From: Candidatus Bathyarchaeota archaeon | GTDB lineage: Archaea > Thermoproteota > Bathyarchaeia > 40CM-2-53-6 | Assembly: GCA_963706285.1 (NCBI GenBank) | Contig: CAVPLU010000013.1 | Location: 64,001-128,000, forward strand | Direction: 5' to 3' | DNA length: 64,000 nt | Shown: one piece after another, positions 32,674-43,749 of the stretch | Position numbering within the stretch: position 1 is the first letter of the stretch | How the letters are laid out: each line of letters starts with the position of its first letter | Position numbers and translations under genes: made by a program | The notes under the pieces: generated by a model | Database searches by the model: none | Told to the model about the DNA's origin: nothing | The model's input: only the letters and a program-made list of their open reading frames with translations

Positions 32674-33613
32674 TCAGCGGACCTCGGCAACCTCTGTTTT
32701 GAGTGACCTCAGCATTTGACAAGCTTCACAGATGTCGTTAGGGGTAGGTTCACCGCAGACTCTGCATGATCGAAAATCACGTTGTCTCTCCGTTGCCTCG
32801 GCTGTCTGCGAGAGCCTCTCGATGGATCGAGCGATTGTATATTTCATCCCTGGGTGTTTCAGTTCGAGTCTGTTCAGCATCACTCTGATGTCTCCTCTCA
32901 ATGCATCATGTCCATGCGGGCATGGCATAGTCTGGAATCGAAGCCCAGACGAGTATGCGTACAACGTTGTCTCTCTTTCAGGCAGTTCAGCTAGAGGTTT
33001 GATTCTTGGAACGAATCCTGCAGGAGCATTAGTAGTGGAACGAGAGTTTTGGAGAATTCGTTCTACATCACCATGTAAGATGTTTATCAGGGCATGTCTG
33101 TGCTTCGTCGTCAAGATTGTGTGCCGTCGCCAGTTTCGTGGCTCCGAGTTTCATCGCGCCTTTATTGAGTGCCTTTCTTCTCAGGACCCCACAGTAGGAG
33201 CAGGGTTGCAGTTCATTCTGCTTTGCGGCCACATCATCCATTGTTACCCCGAATAGTTCCTTGAAGGAAATTACGATGTGCTCGATCTTGAGCTCGTCGC
33301 ATACTTGTTCTGAAATGGAAATTGCCTCACTTCTATAGTCGGTTATCCCTTCGTCCACGGTTAGTGCAATGATTCGAGCTGGCGGAAAACGACGTTCAAG
33401 CTTCTGAAGAATCCGCAGGAGCGTTACACTATCCTTTCCGCCTGAGAGCGCCACAGCAACTATGTCGTTGGGTTCAAGCATGTGTCTGCGCGTTATTGTT
33501 CGGCGTACCTTCGTCTCTACGCTGTCAACAAAGCATTTCCGGCAAAAACTGACTCCCTCATGCTCTCTACGGTAGTAGATTTGGCTCACACCACATCCGG
33601 AACATGTGGCCAA
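32674..33613 (-). CDS. tRNA 2-thiolation ATPase (TtuA/Ncs6, TIGR00269-like); frameshift near 33095
   Basis: SGGKDS PP-loop, CSYCGVLRR, AHNLDDEAQT, terminal Zn fingers. Confidence 0.9.
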
Positions 33614-33629
33614 TTGCAGTCGATCTCTC

Positions 33630-34802
33630 TCAGAGCTTTATGAATCCGAAACGCACTATGGACAAGAGGAAGTTTAGACCTAGAATCGCCAACGAAACAG
33701 AACTTGCAAACATCCGTATTTCCTTAGCTCGCCTAATACCTGAGGCTTTCAGGAGAGTCTCTAGGAATCGATCACCATCAAACATGAATAGCGGCATCAT
33801 ATTGACCACACCTACACTGACGAAAACTATTGACGTCCAGAACTCCACGCGAAGGAGATAATACGGCAAATTGTCAGGCAAGAATGCGAATCGACCAGTA
33901 TACGTAATGACATCTTGCAATGGGCTAATACCCATGATTGCGCGAGAGGAATTCTTCGGATCTGCCGTCGTCACCACGTGGAAACTTCCACGGGCTGTTA
34001 AGAGCACCACATCTGCACCAGGTGAAAGTCCGGACATTGCGTGTTGCAGATCGGCGCTGTCGTGCACTTGGATTCCGTTGACTCCTGTGATAATGTCGCC
34101 GGTGTGTATGCCCGCAATCTCAGCCGGATAGCCTGGCATGAGCCCCCCAACCTCGACGCCTGCATAGTTGGTTGCGTAGAATGGAGCTATTGTCACGGCA
34201 AAGTTGGCGAATAGAAGAAGCACGACCATTCCTAAAGCTGCGTTCGTGAAGGACCCGGCGGCGTAGACTCTGAGTTTCGTTTGATTGGATGCTTTCTCCA
34301 GTTTCTCTTCTTCGGGTTCAACGAATCCCCCGAAGAGGATGACTGCTATGAAAACTCCAGCCGATTTCAGAGGCACATTGTCGACACGTGCCGCAACTCC
34401 ATGCGCCAGCTCATGAGTGGCTAGCACTAGCGAGATTGCGAAGATCAAGTAAGGAAAGCTTTCCCAGCTTATCGTGAGTCCTGGAAGGGGAATCACTGGT
34501 TGGATGGATGTTGCTGCCTCAACGTGGAAGAACAGATTATACAAATTGAATCCAAGTTGGTATATGGCAAAAGCCATCAAACCGATTCCGACAACGACTC
34601 CTGTATTGCCAAGGATCCTCCACAGACTTCTCCTCTTTCCGGCAAGAGATCCTATCCATTCGTTAAGAGCTGTGGTTTTGTACATGAAATATAGAGGTGA
34701 GAGGACAAAACCGAAGCGTTCAGCTTTGAGAATTCTTCCCACGAGGTAGAGTCCCGCCCAGATCGCCACATAGTAGAGCAAAGCCGTGATCGTGGGATCC
34801 AT
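33630..34802 (-). CDS. Site-2 protease (M50) with PDZ domain
   Basis: HELAH, AGSFTN, NMMPLFMFDG. Confidence 0.92.
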   Translation of the reverse strand: MDPTITALLYYVAIWAGLYLVGRILKAERFGFVLSPLYFMYKTTALNEWIGSLAGKRRSLWRILGNTGVVVGIGLMAFAIYQLGFNLYNLFFHVEAATSIQPVIPLPGLTISWESFPYLIFAISLVLATHELAHGVAARVDNVPLKSAGVFIAVILFGGFVEPEEEKLEKASNQTKLRVYAAGSFTNAALGMVVLLLFANFAVTIAPFYATNYAGVEVGGLMPGYPAEIAGIHTGDIITGVNGIQVHDSADLQHAMSGLSPGADVVLLTARGSFHVVTTADPKNSSRAIMGISPLQDVITYTGRFAFLPDNLPYYLLRVEFWTSIVFVSVGVVNMMPLFMFDGDRFLETLLKASGIRRAKEIRMFASSVSLAILGLNFLLSIVRFGFIKL

Positions 34803-34893
34803 GGTTATTCCTCCGGGCGTTGAGAAGTTGCGGCGTCTACAGCAGGATGCTTGACTAAAAGCATAGCTCCGTTGCAGGCAATCGAAAACTATC

Positions 34894-35970
34894 TCACTCT
34901 TGATGAAGCCGGTATCTCAGTAGAGCTGCAACACCGCCGAGTGAACGTAGCATCTTTCCAGATTCTTGTTCGCTGCTCACCAACGCAACCTTGCCTCCGC
35001 GTTCTTCTACGATTCTCATTGTTCCTTCAATTTTCAATCTTTCCTCATCCTCAGCTTCTCTGACTATTTGGTCAGACACTATCATTGTGTCCACGGCGCC
35101 CGCTTCACCGTCGGCTTGAACTCGATCAAGCCCATAGGAAACATCTCCACTTGAAGCCCCGAGTCTCCTCAACGCCTCGTTGACAAGTTCTATCTCTTGA
35201 GTGGCACGTGCGTCTCTTTTGATTTTGCTGGCAGCTCCAACTCTAATTGCTTCGTGCACACCGGCAACACCGCCGCTTCCAACACTCTTGACGGCAATCT
35301 TTCGTTCCCCAAGATACTTCGCTTCCGATCTAAGTTCTGTCACGAAATGATCTTTTGTGAAACCTGGCCCAACGATCAGGATCGGCCCGGGCAGTTCAGC
35401 GCAAATGGTCTCCAGCAAGCTCTCGATTCTGCGGAAGTAGTCTTTCATCGCGACTTGGCGTTTCTCGGCCTCATTCTTTCCGGGGAGGCGTGATCGTACC
35501 TCGCCCTTGAAGTCCAAGCCAAAAGACCGAAGTATCGCAACTGACGCCTCTTCGGAGTCAAGTGCCAGAATGATTATTGGCTCCTCAGCGATAACAGCCT
35601 TATCCACTCTTTCGACTTGATGGCTGAGCCATTTGTCCTTCAAAATTGTGACAATGTCCTCGGGTCCTACGCTCAGGGTGTGATGGGACCCCGTCACCCT
35701 AACCTCCTCAGGAGCTTCGAAGACTATTCCGTGAATTCTGAGCCTATCAAGATCGCGATCGAAGTACACCTTCTGCACTGTAACCCCGAGCGTAATCGTG
35801 ACTCTTCTGCTGAATGGTCTAGCACTCTCTGTGGACTTCACCTCACGTGTGGTCTTTCCAAGAACCCGATCATTCTTTTGGATGACGTTGTACAGCGCCC
35901 AAAGGTCGTCTATATTGCGAAGCTCCAGCTTCATGATGCCATGCTTGACATCTTTCAGGAGTATTTTCAA
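34894..35970 (-). CDS. pelA: mRNA surveillance protein pelota
   Basis: DDLWALYNVI, RLRIHG, HHTL, GPGFTK, LGGVAALLRY. Confidence 0.93.
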   Translation of the reverse strand: MKILLKDVKHGIMKLELRNIDDLWALYNVIQKNDRVLGKTTREVKSTESARPFSRRVTITLGVTVQKVYFDRDLDRLRIHGIVFEAPEEVRVTGSHHTLSVGPEDIVTILKDKWLSHQVERVDKAVIAEEPIIILALDSEEASVAILRSFGLDFKGEVRSRLPGKNEAEKRQVAMKDYFRRIESLLETICAELPGPILIVGPGFTKDHFVTELRSEAKYLGERKIAVKSVGSGGVAGVHEAIRVGAASKIKRDARATQEIELVNEALRRLGASSGDVSYGLDRVQADGEAGAVDTMIVSDQIVREAEDEERLKIEGTMRIVEERGGKVALVSSEQESGKMLRSLGGVAALLRYRLHQE

Positions 35971-36215
35971 GGGCTGACGCCTGGGGATGGAGAACCACTT
36001 GCTAGTGACCTTTTTATACGATTGAATAATGGACAGCTTGACTGAACGGGACAACAAACTCGTACCTCACGTAACGACTCAGAGTAAGCCAGTAGTCGCC
36101 ATATTACACTTGCCAGAAAGAATGGAAAAAGCTAGCCTTTGCGTTTCTAACACACCAGAGCTATGTTGAACCTTCTGTTCAGAGCCCACCCCCGGTGCTT
36201 TGTATCCTCACCTGT

Positions 36216-36431
36216 TCAAACGTGCGCGAGAAATTCGTCTCTTGACACGTTGCAGTCTTTCAGTATCCTATTCAATAGGCCGACACGTATTTCCTTCATT
36301 GGAACCGTGACGAAAGTTTCGTTCCGCTGCAACGTCACGTGGCTGCCTTTCTGCCTAACCTTGATGAAACCGAACTTGTTGCAGAGAATCCTAATCAGTT
36401 CCCTACCGTTTACCGGCCGTAGACGAGTCAA
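36216..36431 (-). CDS. hicA: HicA-family toxin
   Basis: FGFIKVRQKGSHVTL..VTVP...GLLNRILK. Confidence 0.9.
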   Translation of the reverse strand: MTRLRPVNGRELIRILCNKFGFIKVRQKGSHVTLQRNETFVTVPMKEIRVGLLNRILKDCNVSRDEFLAHV

Positions 36432-36448
36432 TGACTCGCCCCGATGGA

Positions 36449-36655
36449 TCAGCGGGCTACGACCGTCGCAAGCTCTCTTCTTGCCTTCTCCCGCAGAACG
36501 GACAGGTGCAGATCGAGAGCATCCTGGAAATTCCGTTTAGCTTCCTTGAGGGTCTTGCCGACCGAGTAGACGCCGAGAGCTGAACACGCGACAGCGTACG
36601 ACCCATCATCCTCTCGTATTACCTCAGTCCTGACGTCTCTCAGTTTCAATGCCAA
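36449..36655 (-). CDS. hicB: HicB-family antitoxin
   Basis: EDDGSYAVACSALGVYSVGKTLKEAKRNFQDAL. Confidence 0.85.
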   Translation of the reverse strand: MALKLRDVRTEVIREDDGSYAVACSALGVYSVGKTLKEAKRNFQDALDLHLSVLREKARRELATVVAR

Positions 36656-36923
36656 CCCACAGACCCCTAACGCGATGAATTGATGAAAGCCGCCTATAAG
36701 TAATTCAATGCGTCGGAGGAGCGCTTGAACCTTGAGTTCAGCGTCCACCCCCAACGCTGAACCCTCTTGGTCGCGTAACGTGGATCATTACCATTCATAG
36801 TCAACCAGAGAATAGAAGCAAGCCCCAAGCGAACCTACCCTGAGAACCCCCAAAGAGGGCAAAAAGCCCACAGAAACGGTAAATACATATACGATTGTCC
36901 GTTACGTTGCGATCGACCCTTCG

Positions 36924-37079
36924 ATGAATCCTGATGAAGAGGACAAGATCGTTGAGGCAATGGAGCAACTGCGAATAAACTATAACCTGCGTCAATGGCG
37001 GGTTTGCTCGCTAATCTGCGAGTCACTTGCTGAGAAGTTCAAGTCGGTATCAGAGCAGAACGCCAAGTCACCAAAATAG
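36924..37079 (+). CDS. Possible small hypothetical protein
   Basis: MNPDEEDKIVEAMEQLRINYNLRQWRVCSLICESLAEKFK; plausible helical composition only. Confidence 0.3.
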   Translation: MNPDEEDKIVEAMEQLRINYNLRQWRVCSLICESLAEKFKSVSEQNAKSPK

Positions 37080-37103
37080 TATGACTTTGCTCGCGATGGT
37101 CAA

Positions 37104-37379
37104 CTACAGGGCTTTCAGCGCCTCGTTGAAGTTCATGAGCGCCTTGGTCTTCTGACTATCTTGATTGAGTGCAAGTATTTTCATTCCGCCTTCGTATCGA
37201 TCGAAGAGAACTACTCCGTGCCGAACCAACGGTTCAATGATTCTTGCAACGGTTGAGGGCGAGACTTCCAAGAAGCCCGCCAGTGTGCTTTGGTTGAAAA
37301 CTTTCCCCGGGTTATCAAGCAAATGTTCAACTAGCCTCACTTGTGCTCGCGACTGGAAGATGTCAGTCAGCCTCGTCAT
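37104..37379 (-). CDS. Winged-HTH protein
   Basis: FNQSTLAGFLEVSPSTVARIIEPL; 4-bp overlap with pyrH. Confidence 0.8.
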   Translation of the reverse strand: MTRLTDIFQSRAQVRLVEHLLDNPGKVFNQSTLAGFLEVSPSTVARIIEPLVRHGVVLFDRYEGGMKILALNQDSQKTKALMNFNEALKAL

Positions 37380-38068
37380 CGTGATCGTCTCTCGGATGAG
37401 ACAATTCTAGTTCCGACGCGTTTACGATGTAAAGCCTTCTCGATATTCGATGAATCAGTTCCGTCAACAATGACTGTGTGAATGTTAGATCTTTTGATGA
37501 TGCGAAGCGCAAGTGGATCCATAAGATCATACTCTCCAGCCTTGAATCCCTCCGTCGAAAGTATCTTCATCAATTGATCAGGAGTCACTTCGTCGAGCTT
37601 CCTTGCATTCGGATCTTTGCGCGGATCAGCAGTGTAGACGCCATCCACTTTGGTAGCGTTTACTAAGAGATCTGCATGCATGGCTTCCGCAGCCAGCGCG
37701 GCAACCGCGTTCGTGGATTGACCAGGCTGGAGTCCTCCCATCACAACCGTCAATTCCGAGCTGAGTGATTCGACCAAGTCATCGGGAGATTCAGGTATCT
37801 TTTGAACAGCGGACTCCCTGAGCACAGTTGCGAATAGCCTAGCATTCAAGCGTGAAACGTGAATGCCGATCTGATCGCAGAAGAACTCTGAGGCGCCTAG
37901 ATCCCTGGCAGCAGTAATGTACTTACGCGCAATCGAACCCCCGCCTGTCACGATGACCAGTCGGTTGCTCTTTGAGAAGTCTCTCACTATTCTTGCATAT
38001 CTATCGATATTCTTCCCGGACAAGTCCGAATCAAACGCAAAGCCTCCGAGCTTTAGGACGGCCTTCAA
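37376..38068 (-). CDS. pyrH: UMP kinase
   Basis: VLKLGG, VTGGG..AR.YI, PGQSTNAVAA, VDGVYTADP. Confidence 0.95.
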   Translation of the reverse strand: MKAVLKLGGFAFDSDLSGKNIDRYARIVRDFSKSNRLVIVTGGGSIARKYITAARDLGASEFFCDQIGIHVSRLNARLFATVLRESAVQKIPESPDDLVESLSSELTVVMGGLQPGQSTNAVAALAAEAMHADLLVNATKVDGVYTADPRKDPNARKLDEVTPDQLMKILSTEGFKAGEYDLMDPLALRIIKRSNIHTVIVDGTDSSNIEKALHRKRVGTRIVSSERRSR

Positions 38069-38231
38069 TATTCCTCAATCTCTCGCGGTTCTGTTTGACG
38101 ATGTATGTATGAGTTGCGCATCTGACGGATGAGAGTGTCGCCCTTCGTTGTTTGTTATGTTGCGGTCTGTGTTTCGCGCCATTTATAAGAACCAGATCTT
38201 CGAACGCATCAGCCAATGGGAGTAGAAGTTA

Positions 38232-39488
38232 GTGTCGTCAGCCGACTCGGTCTCACGCTTCAAACTCAAGCGGACTTTGGAGACTCTGGCCTCCAAGGAG
38301 GGAAGAGGCACCGAATTGATCAGCCTCTACGTTCCTCCCGATAGGCAAGTACATGAGGTTATGACGAATCTCCGGGAAGAATACGGGACGGCATCTAACA
38401 TCAAGTCTCGAGTGACTCGAAAGAACGTCCAAGAGGCAATTGACAAGGTACAGCAGAAGCTCAAGCTCTTCAAGACTCCCCCGCCGAAAGGCTTGGTCAT
38501 ATTCTGTGGGGCAATCCCATACGGAGCGCCCGGAAACGAGAAGATGGAGATCTATACTCTTGAACCACCGGAGAAGATCAACGTATACTTCTACCGTTGT
38601 GACAGTCACTTCCATCTGGAACCCCTCTTCGACATGATGCGCGAGAAGGAAACGTACGGCGTACTCGTCATCGACGTCAGTGAAGCGATCTTGGCCATCT
38701 TGCGAGGTCAGCGGATGACCGTGCTGAAGGAGTTCACGTCTGGAGTTGCTGGAAAGCATCGTGCAGGAGGCCAATCAGCAAGAAGATTCGAGAGGATCAG
38801 AGAGGCCCAAATCAACGACTATTTCAAGAGAGTTGCGCGTCACACCAATGAAATGCTCGAACCAATTCCGGATCTGCACGGAATCATTCTGGGTGGGCCG
38901 GGTCCGACAAAGTACGACTTTGAACAAGGGGACTATCTCAACTACATGCTCAGACAGAAGATTATCGCAACTATTGACACATCATATGTTTCCGAAAGAG
39001 GCGTTGAGGAGATCCTGGAGAGAAGCCAAGATCTCCTCAAGGGCGTCCGCTACATGGAGGAAAAGAAGGTCGTGCAGAAGTTTCTCTATGAACTCGGCCA
39101 TGAGACTGGCCTCGGATCTTACGGGGAGACGCAAGTGAGGAGACACCTTAACGCTGGATTGGTGGATACTCTGCTGCTCTCAGAGAAGTTGGATAGACTC
39201 CATGTTCTCACGAAATGCAAGACATGCGGAGACATCGAGGATTCACTGCTTGCTCGCTCAGGCCTCACCAAATTTGAACAGGAACTGCTTTCCAGACAAT
39301 GCAGAAAGTGCAACAATCCGACCCTAGCGATCGAGAGTAATCAGAATTTGCTAGACGAGTTCGTTGAGATTGCTGAGAAGAGCTCCGTGAATCTGCAAGT
39401 GATCTCAACTGAGACGGAGGAGGGAATCATGCTGCTTGATTCATTCGGCGGCATAGCCGCAATACTCAGATACAGACCGTCGAGTTAG
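38232..39488 (+). CDS. prf1: Peptide chain release factor aRF1
   Basis: TASNIKS, YRCD, GGQS. Confidence 0.97.
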   Translation: MSSADSVSRFKLKRTLETLASKEGRGTELISLYVPPDRQVHEVMTNLREEYGTASNIKSRVTRKNVQEAIDKVQQKLKLFKTPPPKGLVIFCGAIPYGAPGNEKMEIYTLEPPEKINVYFYRCDSHFHLEPLFDMMREKETYGVLVIDVSEAILAILRGQRMTVLKEFTSGVAGKHRAGGQSARRFERIREAQINDYFKRVARHTNEMLEPIPDLHGIILGGPGPTKYDFEQGDYLNYMLRQKIIATIDTSYVSERGVEEILERSQDLLKGVRYMEEKKVVQKFLYELGHETGLGSYGETQVRRHLNAGLVDTLLLSEKLDRLHVLTKCKTCGDIEDSLLARSGLTKFEQELLSRQCRKCNNPTLAIESNQNLLDEFVEIAEKSSVNLQVISTETEEGIMLLDSFGGIAAILRYRPSS

Positions 39489-39700
39489 CTGGAAGTCAAA
39501 GAAGAAACAGCAATTCTGGCTCCCATGCGTTTCAGGCATATCGAACTCGGTTGAACTTTCTCGCGAGTGCAATTGTCCTCTTCTTTGCCTGGAATCCTAC
39601 GAACGGCAGCGCTCGTCACATTCTCTGAGGCTATGAGGTTCAGATACTGAACTTAGGTTGGCTGACAAGAGCCGCGCCAGCTGTTCAGTCTTGAGTGAGT

Positions 39701-40756
39701 CTAGATCCGCTTGTAGATCGTTCTCTCATCCGCGCCGTGCCCGAGTTCGGTTTCAATCTGTCTTAGCAGCAGAATACGTTTGTAGGTAGGTGGATGCGTG
39801 GAGAAAGCTTCGTTAATTCCCGACCAAGTCGATTTTGCCTCCCTCTCCATCGCAAGCTGAAGCTCTCTCTCGCTGAGTACGCCGTCGTGGTCCAAGTCAT
39901 ACTGAGTCTTTCGTTCCAAAATGCCCTGGACTTCGCTCCTGGCCAGGGAAGGATCAGAAATGTACAGTGCACGCACACCCTGCGGATCCTCTGGCCGCAT
40001 GGAAAGTCCGTAGGCGATCTTCGTCAGAGCGCTCTCAAGGCTTCTCGGGGAACCGGTCAAGTACCCAGAGTAAACATCAGCAAAGTGTTCTCTGAGCCGG
40101 CTTAGCCTCAGAACGAGAAGCTGAGCCACAAAATACACAACCATTGCAGCAATGCCAGCCAAAGCAATGTATCCGGCGTTCCTGTTCCTGTCACGCGAAC
40201 CGGTACCCAGGTACAGGGTACTCCTCGCAACCATGTATGCGAGCAACGGAATCGCGGAGAGAACCGTCATTACGATCGAGTCACGGTGTTTCACATGTCC
40301 CAGCTCATGAGCGAGTACACCCTTGACCTCATCCTCGTTTAGCTGCCTCAATAGGCCCTCATGTACCGCGAGTGTCATCTTTGATGATGAATTGCCAAAC
40401 ACGAAAGCGTTAGGAGTTGGGTTTGTGACTATTGCCAATCTAGGCACTGCCACTCCACTGGCACCGGCAAGTTCCTTGACAGTGTTCTCAAGCCAGGGAT
40501 ACTGTCCAGGCTGCAGATACTGGAGCCTGGTAGACCACGCTACAATGGATGGGCTGATCAAGAATTGTATGCCCAGAAAAATCAGCGCCAACACGAACGA
40601 TCCTACGAGAGTGCCAAATGGAGATAGATTGAGACCCGCTGCCGCACTGTACAGCAAAGAGACCGCTCCGACAAATCCCACAAATATCACCAGCGTGAGG
40701 ACAATAGTGACAAACATGCTTGTCCGAAGCTGAGATAGGCTTGCCATCTCTATCAC
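39701..40756 (-). CDS. htpX: HtpX-family M48 zinc metalloprotease
   Basis: PNAF, HELGH, SRLREHFAD, STHPP. Confidence 0.92.
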   Translation of the reverse strand: MIEMASLSQLRTSMFVTIVLTLVIFVGFVGAVSLLYSAAAGLNLSPFGTLVGSFVLALIFLGIQFLISPSIVAWSTRLQYLQPGQYPWLENTVKELAGASGVAVPRLAIVTNPTPNAFVFGNSSSKMTLAVHEGLLRQLNEDEVKGVLAHELGHVKHRDSIVMTVLSAIPLLAYMVARSTLYLGTGSRDRNRNAGYIALAGIAAMVVYFVAQLLVLRLSRLREHFADVYSGYLTGSPRSLESALTKIAYGLSMRPEDPQGVRALYISDPSLARSEVQGILERKTQYDLDHDGVLSERELQLAMEREAKSTWSGINEAFSTHPPTYKRILLLRQIETELGHGADERTIYKRI

Positions 40757-40837
40757 GCGGTGGTCACAGGGTAAACTGAAAGCGGGTAAAAACCTAGCGC
40801 TCGGCTAGCCGGCTATTTGATGAAGAGACACATTCAC

Positions 40838-41030
40838 GCAGTCATCATGCACCTATTCCAGATAGCTTTTACATCATGCTTTTTCGTTTCGCTCGCAGCT
40901 TTCTTGATGCTAATCCCTTCCTGCATCCACACGACATTTGCAGCTCTTCTCTCGCGTCTCTGACGACCGACCAGACATCTGGAGAAGGTTAGAAGAATCC
41001 CACTATGTCGACTTTCAAGTCAATCGTCAA
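40838..41030 (-). pseudogene. CoA-binding protein (YccU-like) remnant
   Basis: KVDIVGFF*PSPDVWSVVRDA then ANVVWMQEGI...WNRCMM, with in-frame stop. Confidence 0.65.
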
Positions 41031-41273
41031 TAGCTGGAGGAGATTTTCACTTTCGAGACCTCGGCTATGACCGGATTCACAGGAATCAAACTGAATCCGT
41101 GATTCAATGGACACTCAGGTATTGTGAGCTGGTTTCCAGGGAATTTCTCGATACAACAGCGACTACAGCGTTTCTCAGCTTCAGAAGCTAGTTGATGTCG
41201 CATTTTGCGAGATTACTCATTACGACACTTGGAGAGGAAAGAATCCAACAATCGCTGCCGTCAGGATTGAGAT

Positions 41274-41672
41274 CTAGACACGTCTTCCTCTGCGTCCACC
41301 AGGTCGGCGCGTTCCGTCGTGTGGAACAGGTGTGACATCTTCGATCCGACCGATTCTGAAGCCTGCTCTCGCTAACATTCGAATTGCAGCTTGCGCACCT
41401 GGGCCGGGTGTTCGCGCTCCGTGTCCGCCTGGCGCACGTACTCGAATATGTAGGGCAGTAATACCTCTGTCCTTCGCTGTTCTGGCAGCGGCACCAGCGG
41501 ATTGCATCGCGGCATAGGGTGAACCTTGAAGCCTGTCCGCCTTGACGTGTTGTCCACCGGAGCTTCTGGAGACCGTTTCCGCACCAGCGAGATCGGTGAT
41601 GTGTACTAGCGTATTGTTGAACGAGGAGTAGATGTTCGCGATTCCCCAACGTTCAACACGTTTCTCTGAGAT
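41274..41672 (-). CDS. rpsK: 30S ribosomal protein S11 (uS11), apparent ATC start
   Basis: One frame: (ATC)[20 protein letters not shown]...[10 protein letters not shown]...[17 protein letters not shown]; GGAGG 7 nt upstream of ATC. Confidence 0.95.
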   Translation of the reverse strand: MSEKRVERWGIANIYSSFNNTLVHITDLAGAETVSRSSGGQHVKADRLQGSPYAAMQSAGAAARTAKDRGITALHIRVRAPGGHGARTPGPGAQAAIRMLARAGFRIGRIEDVTPVPHDGTRRPGGRRGRRV

Positions 41673-41874
41673 GTCTGCTTCCTCCTTCTGTGATGACGAG
41701 TCGTAGCGTACGACCCTACACCGTTTATTATAGGTTTGTCTGAGCCTGCAGACTACGCTAGACCTTCCGGATTAACGTAATTCGCTTAACCTGCACATGC
41801 GCTTCTGCATGGCGCCGATCGTCATGCGCGATCCGGGAAGACGAAAGCACTATTTCTCGCCAAGGACGAAACGA

Positions 41875-42360
41875 ATGGTCATGGCGGCACGCACTCGCTT
41901 GTCTTGTTTAGTTCGACTCGTAGAAGCATCAGACATACCGGGGATCTATGCGGTTGAAAGAGCTTGCTTCCCCGACCCCTATCCTTCGGTTTTCCTGGAT
42001 GACCTGATGAAATCCTATCAGGCACAGTTCTTTGTTGCTGTGGATAATGGCGAGATTATTGGATATGCCGTGGCTTCCATAGGCGACAGATATGGGCATG
42101 TCATCTCGCTTGCGGTTAGTCCGCGCTATCGTCGAAGACGTGTGGGCACGGCCCTGATGTCGGCTCTCGAAGCAAAACTGACTCAAGAAGGGGCTGAAGA
42201 GATTCATCTTGAGGTACGAAAGGGAAACGGCGGAGCTATCTCATTCTATGAGCGCTGGGGATACCAACCAGTATCGGAAATTCGACGTTACTACCCTGAC
42301 GGCGAGGACGCTTTGGTTTTTGAGCGATCCATCGAGTCATCTGCATACCGCGATCCTTAG
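41875..42360 (+). CDS. rimI: RimI/Ard1-like N-acetyltransferase
   Basis: GHVISLAV..RRRRVG, LEVRKGN..AI.FY, YYPDGEDA. Confidence 0.88.
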   Translation: MVMAARTRLSCLVRLVEASDIPGIYAVERACFPDPYPSVFLDDLMKSYQAQFFVAVDNGEIIGYAVASIGDRYGHVISLAVSPRYRRRRVGTALMSALEAKLTQEGAEEIHLEVRKGNGGAISFYERWGYQPVSEIRRYYPDGEDALVFERSIESSAYRDP

Positions 42361-42579
42361 AGGTGAACCATCTTTAAGATCCTCAGATTCTTCCTGCTAG
42401 ACCAAGAAAGACAAGATACTGTACGGGAAGGCTCAACCGTATTTTGAAGTAACCTCTGATCAAGTCGAACAGAACACTGGATTTCTAATCAAGTCGTGCC
42501 TGCAGCGACTAGAACACTAGGCGTCTTCGGCATTGGACAGGAGGAGTTACTACTTCGAGGGCAAACCTCGCTGCTGTAG

Positions 42580-43749
42580 TCAATGCCCGCCAAGTTCGGA
42601 CATTGTCAGGACCTTGACATCGGCGGGTTTCTTGGCGATTTCTGACAAGCGATCGCCTACTACGTACTTGATTTTCTTCTGGTCCGCTAGGTCAAGTATC
42701 CTTTGCGTTATGACTCCATCGAAGACTAGAGTGCTAGGCGCCTCCATGTTTGGTAGTTGGTTTGCAAGTTCGCTGACTGGTAGGCGAGCTATTTCTTTGC
42801 CCGTTTCATCAAAGATTGCTGCCTCAAGTGTTCCTTTGAGTTCCTGAGCTTTCTGAAGAATAGGTTCAGGAAAGGTCGTTTTAGCTATGACTGGCTTCGC
42901 TTCTGCTTTTGGTGCTCCGTGTGATACGCGATCGCGTAGCGCTTTCATTATCTCCTTCGGCGTGAGCTCCTCGACCTCTTTCCCAGGCGGAGCTCGCGTC
43001 AGGTAATCCAGCTCTGTCACTTGGTCGAGTTCCTTCAGTATGAGGTCTCCACCTCTGTCTCCGTCCAGAAATGCTGTGACCTCTTTGTTCTTGCACAGCG
43101 TGATGATTGTTTGAGGAATCTTTGTGCCTTCTATGGCTACTGTGTTCTTGATTCCGCATCTGAGCAGATTTAGAATGTCCGCTCTTCCCTCGACAATTAT
43201 GATTGAGCCGCTGCTCTGTACATCTGGTCCTGCGGGAAGTTTGTCAGGCCCGAATTCCACGATCTCTGCGGATCGAATGGCTCCCCCGACTTCTTTGACC
43301 ATTTCATCTGTGCTTGGTGAGCCTTCAATCACCCATTTCTTGAGGATCTCTTTGGCCTTGTCCAGGATGACTTTTCTTTTCTCTTCTCGGACATCCTCTA
43401 CCTTCTCAAGGGTAACCTTCGCCGTGCAGGGTCCGATCCTATCGACGCTCTCAATGGCCGCCGCGACTATTGCGGTGGAAACTTTGTCTAGGCTAGACGG
43501 GATCATTATCTTGCCGGTAGTCTTGTCCTGTCTGGATTCCAGTTGAATCTCGATTCTCCCAACCCTTCCGCTCTTTTGAAGTTCCCTGAGATCCAGATCA
43601 GGTCCGAATAGGCCTTCGGTCTGTCCGAAGATTGCACCGACTACGTCAGGCTTCTCAACTACACCCTCCACTTCGAACGCCGCCAAAACGACGTACTTGG
43701 TAGTGGGCGCATACTGACTTTCTGCTCCCAATTGATTGTAAACCTCCAC
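42580..43749 (-). CDS. dnaG: Archaeal DnaG (primase-like, exosome-associated)
   Basis: GVVEKPDVVGAIFGQTEG, VEGRAD, DGDRGG. Confidence 0.96.
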   Translation of the reverse strand: MEVYNQLGAESQYAPTTKYVVLAAFEVEGVVEKPDVVGAIFGQTEGLFGPDLDLRELQKSGRVGRIEIQLESRQDKTTGKIMIPSSLDKVSTAIVAAAIESVDRIGPCTAKVTLEKVEDVREEKRKVILDKAKEILKKWVIEGSPSTDEMVKEVGGAIRSAEIVEFGPDKLPAGPDVQSSGSIIIVEGRADILNLLRCGIKNTVAIEGTKIPQTIITLCKNKEVTAFLDGDRGGDLILKELDQVTELDYLTRAPPGKEVEELTPKEIMKALRDRVSHGAPKAEAKPVIAKTTFPEPILQKAQELKGTLEAAIFDETGKEIARLPVSELANQLPNMEAPSTLVFDGVITQRILDLADQKKIKYVVGDRLSEIAKKPADVKVLTMSELGGH

